Below, piece by piece: positions 58,731-64,000 of a stretch of DNA of 64,000 bases. Origin of the DNA: Candidatus Aminicenantes bacterium (lineage in GTDB: Bacteria > Acidobacteriota > Aminicenantia > Aminicenantales > Saccharicenantaceae); the NCBI GenBank assembly GCA_041303965.1, contig JBFYOD010000037.1, positions 8,693 to 72,692 of the forward strand. Reading direction: 5' to 3'. The translations under genes were made by a program, and so were the position numbers. Position 1 is the stretch's first letter. Every line of letters begins with the position of its first letter. The notes beneath the pieces were generated by a model. The model searched no databases. It saw nothing but the letters and a program-made list of their open reading frames with translations, and was not told where the DNA came from.

Positions 58731-60184
58731 AAACGATCACCATCGATCCCATCACCCGGCTCGAAGGCCACGGCAAGATCTCCATTTTCCTCGACGACGC
58801 GGGCGACGTCGCCGACGCCTACCTCCAGATCCCCGAGCTGCGCGGTTTCGAGAAGTTCTGCGTCGGCCGGCCCGTCGAGGAGATGCCTCGGATCACGACG
58901 CGCATCTGCGGCGTCTGCCCGGAGGCCCACATGATGGCCTCGGCCAAGACCTGCGACGCGCTCTACCATGTCGAACTGTCCCGCACGGCCAAGCTCCTGC
59001 GGGAGCTCCTTTATATGATCTTCTATGTCACCGACCATTCGACCCATTTTTACGCCCTGGCCGGGCCGGACTTCGTCATGGGGCCGGACGCCCCGGTGGC
59101 CCAACGCAACATCCTGGGCGTCATCCACAAGGTGGGCGTCGAGATCGGCCGCAAGGTCATCGATACGCGCGGCGCATGCCACGAGCTTATCAAGATGATG
59201 GGCGGCAAATCCGTCCATCCCATCGGAGCCGTGCCCGGCGGGATGAGCAAAGGCCTGAGCCGCGAGGAGCGCGACAAGGTCCTCGAAACGGGGAAGGCCG
59301 CCGTGGAGTTCGCCAAGTTCTCGATCGGCCTGTTCAACCAGATCGTCCTCGGCAACAAGGCCTACGTCGACCTGATCCTGAGCGACGGTTTCACCCACCA
59401 CACGTACAACATGGGGCTGGTCGACGAAAAGAACCATGTCAATTTCTACGACGGAGACATTCGCGTTACGGCCCCCGGCGGGGTCGAACTGGCCAAGTTC
59501 AAACCGGCCGACTACCTCGAGCATATCGTCGAACACGTCGAGCCCTGGACCTACCTCAAGTTCCCCGTCCTCCGAAAAGTCGGCTGGAAGGGCCTTGTCG
59601 ACGGCCCGGAAAGCGGCATTTACAAGGCGACCCCCCTTTCCCGTCTCAACGTCTCCGAAGGGATGGCGACACCCTTGGCCAACGAAGAGCACGACCGGAT
59701 GTACAAGACCCTGGGCGGGAAGCCCGTCCATCAAACTCTGGCGACCCATTGGGCCCGGCTGGTCGAGCTTCTCTACGCCGCCGAACGCTGGGTGGAGCTG
59801 GCCTCCGATCCGGAGGTCACCGGCCCGGACTACCGTGTCGTCCCCACTCGCACGCCCGACGAGGGCGTCGGTGTCGTCGAAGCGCCGCGGGGGACCCTCT
59901 TTCACCATTATAAAACCGACCCAAATGGCATCGTCCAGGAAGCCAACTTGATCGTCGGGACGACCAACAACAACGGTGCCATCAACCTCTCGGTGAAAAA
60001 AGCGGCCATGGCTTTCATTAAGAAGGGCCAGGTGAACGACGGGCTCCTGAACATCGTCGAGATGGCCTTCCGCGCCTATGACCCGTGTTTCGGCTGCGCC
60101 ACGCACGCCTGGCCCGGACAGGCGGCGATCCATGTTCGGATCCTCGACCGTGAGGGAAACATCGTCCGTGACCTGAGGAGATAG
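58727..60184 (+). CDS. [NiFe]-hydrogenase large subunit, group 3
   Basis: N-terminal [15 protein letters not shown] and [10 protein letters not shown] (RxCGxCxxxH); C-terminal DPCFGCATH (DPCxxCxxH) followed by a short cleavable tail; ATGA overlap with the small subunit. Confidence 0.9.
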   Translation: MKTITIDPITRLEGHGKISIFLDDAGDVADAYLQIPELRGFEKFCVGRPVEEMPRITTRICGVCPEAHMMASAKTCDALYHVELSRTAKLLRELLYMIFYVTDHSTHFYALAGPDFVMGPDAPVAQRNILGVIHKVGVEIGRKVIDTRGACHELIKMMGGKSVHPIGAVPGGMSKGLSREERDKVLETGKAAVEFAKFSIGLFNQIVLGNKAYVDLILSDGFTHHTYNMGLVDEKNHVNFYDGDIRVTAPGGVELAKFKPADYLEHIVEHVEPWTYLKFPVLRKVGWKGLVDGPESGIYKATPLSRLNVSEGMATPLANEEHDRMYKTLGGKPVHQTLATHWARLVELLYAAERWVELASDPEVTGPDYRVVPTRTPDEGVGVVEAPRGTLFHHYKTDPNGIVQEANLIVGTTNNNGAINLSVKKAAMAFIKKGQVNDGLLNIVEMAFRAYDPCFGCATHAWPGQAAIHVRILDREGNIVRDLRR

Positions 60185-60192
60185 ACAAGGCC

Positions 60193-61626
60193 ATGAAAGT
60201 CCTCGTTCTCAACAGCGGCAGTTCATCCGTCAAGTTCCAGTTCATGCGTATGGAGGACGAAGGCCTCCTGGCCAAGGGGATCGTGGAGAAGATCGGCTCG
60301 AGCGACGCCATCGTCACTTACCAACCGGAGGGACGGACGAGGATCCGGGAGATCCGCGAAGTGCTCAACCACAGCGTGGCCATCGAGCTGGTCCTGGATC
60401 TCCTCCTCAGCCCCCAGCACGGCGTCATCCGCCAGAAAAGCGAGATCGACGGCATCGGGCACAGGGTCGTCCACGGCGGCGAGGATTTTTCCGAATCCGT
60501 GCTGATCACGGACAAGGTCAAGGCCACGATCCGCAAATGCATCCAGTTCGCCCCCCTGCATAATCCTCACAACCTCAAGGGCATCGAGGCCTGCGAGTCC
60601 CTCCTGCCGGGTGTCCTCCAGGTGGGGGTGTTCGATACGGCGTTCCACCAGACCCTCCCGCCCAAAGCCTTCATTTACGGACTGCCTTACGCCCTCTACC
60701 GGAAGCTCAGCATCCGGCGCTACGGGTTCCACGGCACTTCCCACAACTACGTGGCCCTCAAGGCCGCCGAGATCCTTGGCCGGCCCGTCGGGAAGCTCCA
60801 CCTCATCACCTGCCACCTGGGCAACGGGGCCAGCATCACGGCCGTGGCCGGCGGGAAATCCATCGATACGACGATGGGTTTCACGCCTCTTGAAGGACTG
60901 GTCATGGGGACGCGCTGCGGCAGCATCGACCCGGCCCTTGTGCCCTACATCATGGATAGGGAGAAGCTGGGGACGAAGGAAATCGACTCCATCATGAACA
61001 AGAACAGCGGCATGCTGGGATTGACCGAGACGTCACACGACATGCGGGAGATCGAGCAGGAAGCCGCCCACGGCAGCGAGCGGCATCAACTGGCCCTCGA
61101 GATCTACTGTCACACGATCAAGAAGTATATCGGGTCCTATATGGCCGAAATGGGTCGCCTGGACGCCATCGTCTTCACCGGTGGGGTGGGCGAGAACTCC
61201 CGCCTCGTCCGCCGGCTCGTCTCTTCGGGGCTCGAGGAGTTCGGTATCGTCCTCGACGCCGCGAAGAACGAGGCCAATGAACGCGTGATCAGTTCCGGCC
61301 GGGTGAAGATCATGGTCGTGCCGACCAACGAGGAGTTGGCCATCGCCCGGGACACCCAGCGGATCCTGTCGTCCTTGGAATCCCGTCCGACCGTCGTTAC
61401 GGCCGGTCCGGAACCGTCCCGGCCGGCCGCTCACGCGCCCCATGACGTAGCCAAACTCGTCCTTCTCTGGGCCAAGAACCGTAAAGCGGACGCCGCCTCC
61501 CTAGCCCGGAAATGGGGACAGGAGATCGGCCGGCCCGTCAGCGCGGCCGAGGTTACCCGGGAACTCGAACGGCTGGGCCTCGCGGCGGCTGCCCGTCCGG
61601 CCAAGAACGCTCCGAAAACGAATTGA
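60193..61626 (+). CDS. ackA: Acetate kinase with an approx 75-aa C-terminal extension
   Basis: MKVLVLNSGSSSVKFQ N-terminus, ASKHA-fold motifs (HRVVHGG, GFHGTSH, VHLGNGAS, TGGVGEN); 477 aa versus about 400 typical. Confidence 0.85.
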   Translation: MKVLVLNSGSSSVKFQFMRMEDEGLLAKGIVEKIGSSDAIVTYQPEGRTRIREIREVLNHSVAIELVLDLLLSPQHGVIRQKSEIDGIGHRVVHGGEDFSESVLITDKVKATIRKCIQFAPLHNPHNLKGIEACESLLPGVLQVGVFDTAFHQTLPPKAFIYGLPYALYRKLSIRRYGFHGTSHNYVALKAAEILGRPVGKLHLITCHLGNGASITAVAGGKSIDTTMGFTPLEGLVMGTRCGSIDPALVPYIMDREKLGTKEIDSIMNKNSGMLGLTETSHDMREIEQEAAHGSERHQLALEIYCHTIKKYIGSYMAEMGRLDAIVFTGGVGENSRLVRRLVSSGLEEFGIVLDAAKNEANERVISSGRVKIMVVPTNEELAIARDTQRILSSLESRPTVVTAGPEPSRPAAHAPHDVAKLVLLWAKNRKADAASLARKWGQEIGRPVSAAEVTRELERLGLAAAARPAKNAPKTN

Positions 61627-61637
61627 GGGATGACGCC

Positions 61638-62135
61638 ATGGACAAAATCAACCGTGAAGACGCCGGCTGGCTGGTCGCCCTGGCTTGGCTGAGCGCGCTT
61701 GAAGAGACGGCGCGGGATTTCCATGGGACGCGGCCGTATGTCTTCAGCGCCCGGGCCTATGAACATTCCGTTCAGTATTATCTCCATCTCCTCGGGGACG
61801 AGTACGGCATGCAGATCAAGAAAGCCAGCTCGATCCGTGAAGCCGTGGAAAACTACATCCAGATCGGCGTCGCCGGGGGCCTCTTCCGGGATGCCAACTT
61901 CTTCGAGCTGGCCGAGGTCAATCCCTTCCACCTGGGGATCACCGTTCACGACTGCGTCTACCTCAAGAGCTGCCAGGCGCTCATCGAGGAGGGCTTCTCG
62001 GTCCGCGACCTGACCTGTGCCCGGATCGGCTGTTTCCGCGCGGCGGTCAAGGCCCTGGCGAATATCGACTGCGAATACCAGGTCACATCGTTCAACATCG
62101 ACGGAGACTGCAAGGGTTACATCGAAAGGACCTGA
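61638..62135 (+). CDS. Small cysteine-rich hypothetical protein (possibly V4R-like small-molecule-binding domain)
   Basis: Start MDKINRED with RBS GAGGGA; six Cys in the last 60 aa (HDC, KSC, LTC, IGC, IDC, GDC). Family assignment is a weak recollection, not a match. Confidence 0.35.
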   Translation: MDKINREDAGWLVALAWLSALEETARDFHGTRPYVFSARAYEHSVQYYLHLLGDEYGMQIKKASSIREAVENYIQIGVAGGLFRDANFFELAEVNPFHLGITVHDCVYLKSCQALIEEGFSVRDLTCARIGCFRAAVKALANIDCEYQVTSFNIDGDCKGYIERT

Positions 62136-62160
62136 ATTGGCTAAAGCCGCATCTCCTTCT

Positions 62161-63960
62161 ATGAAAAGCCTGCTCCAGGTCGTCCGGGAGAGCGAGGACG
62201 CGGCGGCCGTGCGCGCGGCTGTCATGCAGCTCGGCTACGAGACCGGTAACGATATCTACGCTCTTCTGGTCGAAAAGCTGGACGATCCGAACCCGAGCGT
62301 CCAACACGCCGCGGTCGTCGCCCTGGGCCGTAACGGCCGGGCCGAGGCCATCGACGAGCTGTCGAAGCCAAAGATCTTCCATTCCTCGTTTCACCAGATC
62401 CGCTGGGCGGCCGTGACCGCCGTCGGCCGGCTGGGGGATCACCGGGTCATCGACCTCCTCCTCAAGGCCGCCGAGGATCCGGAGTGGATCGTCCGGACCG
62501 AGGCTATCGCCGAGCTCATGGGCAAGGTCAAGGACATCATCGCCCGCAAGGACGTCCGGCTGGCCCGCGTCCTGATCTACATGTTTTCCCTGGACAACGA
62601 CGAGATCGTCAACCTGGCCATGGAGGGTTTCCAGGAACTGGGTTCGGCCTGCCTCGAATGGCTCCACGAAGCGCTCCGGAACCCGTCGCCTAACATCCGC
62701 TCCAACGCCGCTCGAACATTGGGCAAAATGAAGTCCCAGGCTTCGACGCCTTATCTTATCGAACTCCTCCAGGACGAGGACGCCGGTGTCAGGGCGGGCG
62801 TTTCGGAAGCCCTGGGTCTCATCGGGAACAAGGTCAGCATCGAACCCCTGGTCATGATGGTCCAAGACAACGTGGAAAAGGTCCAGGACCAAGCCGTGAC
62901 GGCCCTCGTCGGGTTCGGCAAGACGGCCACTGTTCCCCTGCTCAACGCGCTCTCCCGGGAGCGGGATAAGTATGCCCAGCGCGCCTTTCTGAAATGCCTG
63001 GGCCGGATCGGCGACCCGAAGTCCGTGCCGGCCCTGATCAGCTACCTCCGTAGCAGCTATTTCATCGTCCGGCAGTCGGCGGTTTCCGCCCTCATCCGTT
63101 TCGGGCCGATCGTGACGCGGCATCTTCTGGCCACCCTGTCCTTCAATACCTCGGACATTGATCCCCTGAAGAAAGACGCTTGCGGCCGTGAACACCCCGA
63201 GCTCCAACTGCGAGCCATCAAGGCGATCGGAGGGCTGGAGGACCATCGGGCCGTGGCCCTCCTCAAGGAGCTCGTCGAGGAGGGACTGCCCGATATCCAG
63301 GAAGCGGCCTCTCTGGCTTTGTCCCAGATCGGATGTTCCGCCTGGGGCCGCTGTTGCGCCCTGAAGGTCCTCGGGGAAGTCGGGGACCCATCAGTCGTTC
63401 CGGAGATCCTGCCCTCGCTCCGGGATAACTCGGACAATGTTCGCTACGAGGCCGTCCGCGCCTTGGGGAAGCTCAGCGGCGCCGAGGCCGTCCAGCATCT
63501 CGTCCGTATAGCCCGTAAGGACCCCTGCGACTTCATTCGCCGCGAGGCCGTGCGTCTTCTGAGAACGGCCGGCCAGGGGCAGGCCGGTGTCCTGGACATG
63601 GCCCGCCAGCGCCTCAAGGACCCTTCGCGCGACGTCCGGGTCCAGTGCGCCCGGCTCCTGGGCGGTTTCCAGGACAAGAAATCCATCCTGCCCCTTCTCA
63701 AAGCCATGGCCGACCCTCATTGGAGCGTCCGGGAAAGCGCCGAAATGGCACTCCTCAATTTCGGGCACGACGCCGCAGAGCTTCTCATCGGCGCCCTGAA
63801 GAGCGCGTCGTGGACGACGCGATTCCGGGCCGCGCGGCTGTTGGGGGAGATCGGGGCTCCCGAGGCCGTTACTCCGCTTGAAAATGCCCTCACCCGGCGG
63901 AGGGAAAGGAAAGACGTCCGGGACGTCATCGGATTATCATTGGGGAGGTTGAAGAAATAG
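62161..63960 (+). CDS. HEAT-repeat (PBS-lyase-like) protein
   Basis: More than 12 tandem approx 30-aa repeats of the form xxVRxxAxxALGxIGdxxAvxxLxxxLxDx; start uncertain (ATG 62161 or TTG 62137). Confidence 0.7.
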   Translation: MKSLLQVVRESEDAAAVRAAVMQLGYETGNDIYALLVEKLDDPNPSVQHAAVVALGRNGRAEAIDELSKPKIFHSSFHQIRWAAVTAVGRLGDHRVIDLLLKAAEDPEWIVRTEAIAELMGKVKDIIARKDVRLARVLIYMFSLDNDEIVNLAMEGFQELGSACLEWLHEALRNPSPNIRSNAARTLGKMKSQASTPYLIELLQDEDAGVRAGVSEALGLIGNKVSIEPLVMMVQDNVEKVQDQAVTALVGFGKTATVPLLNALSRERDKYAQRAFLKCLGRIGDPKSVPALISYLRSSYFIVRQSAVSALIRFGPIVTRHLLATLSFNTSDIDPLKKDACGREHPELQLRAIKAIGGLEDHRAVALLKELVEEGLPDIQEAASLALSQIGCSAWGRCCALKVLGEVGDPSVVPEILPSLRDNSDNVRYEAVRALGKLSGAEAVQHLVRIARKDPCDFIRREAVRLLRTAGQGQAGVLDMARQRLKDPSRDVRVQCARLLGGFQDKKSILPLLKAMADPHWSVRESAEMALLNFGHDAAELLIGALKSASWTTRFRAARLLGEIGAPEAVTPLENALTRRRERKDVRDVIGLSLGRLKK

Positions 63961-64000
63961 CCCGGGGAGGGCTTGGACTGCTCGCGGAGCATTCAAACCA

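Overview
This is a GC-rich (about 65% by eye, not computed), densely coding bacterial chromosomal segment with about 58 supportable CDS and very little non-coding DNA. I saw no rRNA, tRNA or CRISPR array. Several listed ORFs have long Arg/Gly/Pro-rich 5' extensions or are long antisense ORFs typical of high-GC DNA; I trimmed starts to internal ATG/GTG codons with RBS, signal peptides or ATGA/TGATG overlaps. The gene content reads as the energy metabolism of an anaerobic amino-acid fermenter. It has a lipoamide-type 2-oxoacid dehydrogenase E1a/E1b/E2 operon headed by a rubredoxin-fused FTR-like reductase and a CPHC thioredoxin. It has a leucine-catabolic block (isovaleryl-CoA dehydrogenase, methylcrotonyl-CoA carboxylase, methylglutaconyl-CoA hydratase) fused into one operon with an archaeal-type HMG-CoA synthase/thiolase/DUF35 trio, divergent from glutaconate-CoA-transferase-like (AibA/AibB-like) subunits. 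It has a split B12-dependent acyl-CoA mutase with MeaB next to a butyryl-CoA beta-oxidation set. It also carries pta and ackA at separate loci, sucCD, a two-subunit group-3 [NiFe] hydrogenase, and a five-gene NuoEFG-like plus NfnAB-like flavoprotein cluster. Other genes include an EF-G paralog in an operon with a KaiC/RecA-like ATPase and a HAD hydrolase, secreted M64 and S9 peptidases, a BNR/sortilin-like protein, a ROK kinase with an MFS sugar permease, a GNAT plus DUF2156 pair, and a dCache histidine kinase with a receiver. The only sizeable intergenic region (42386-42952) holds an approximately 325-bp, lower-GC, MITE-like element with ~50-bp imperfect terminal inverted repeats and a perfect 13-bp internal hairpin. 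Product calls rest on motifs I read in the translations plus family knowledge; no database search was run.
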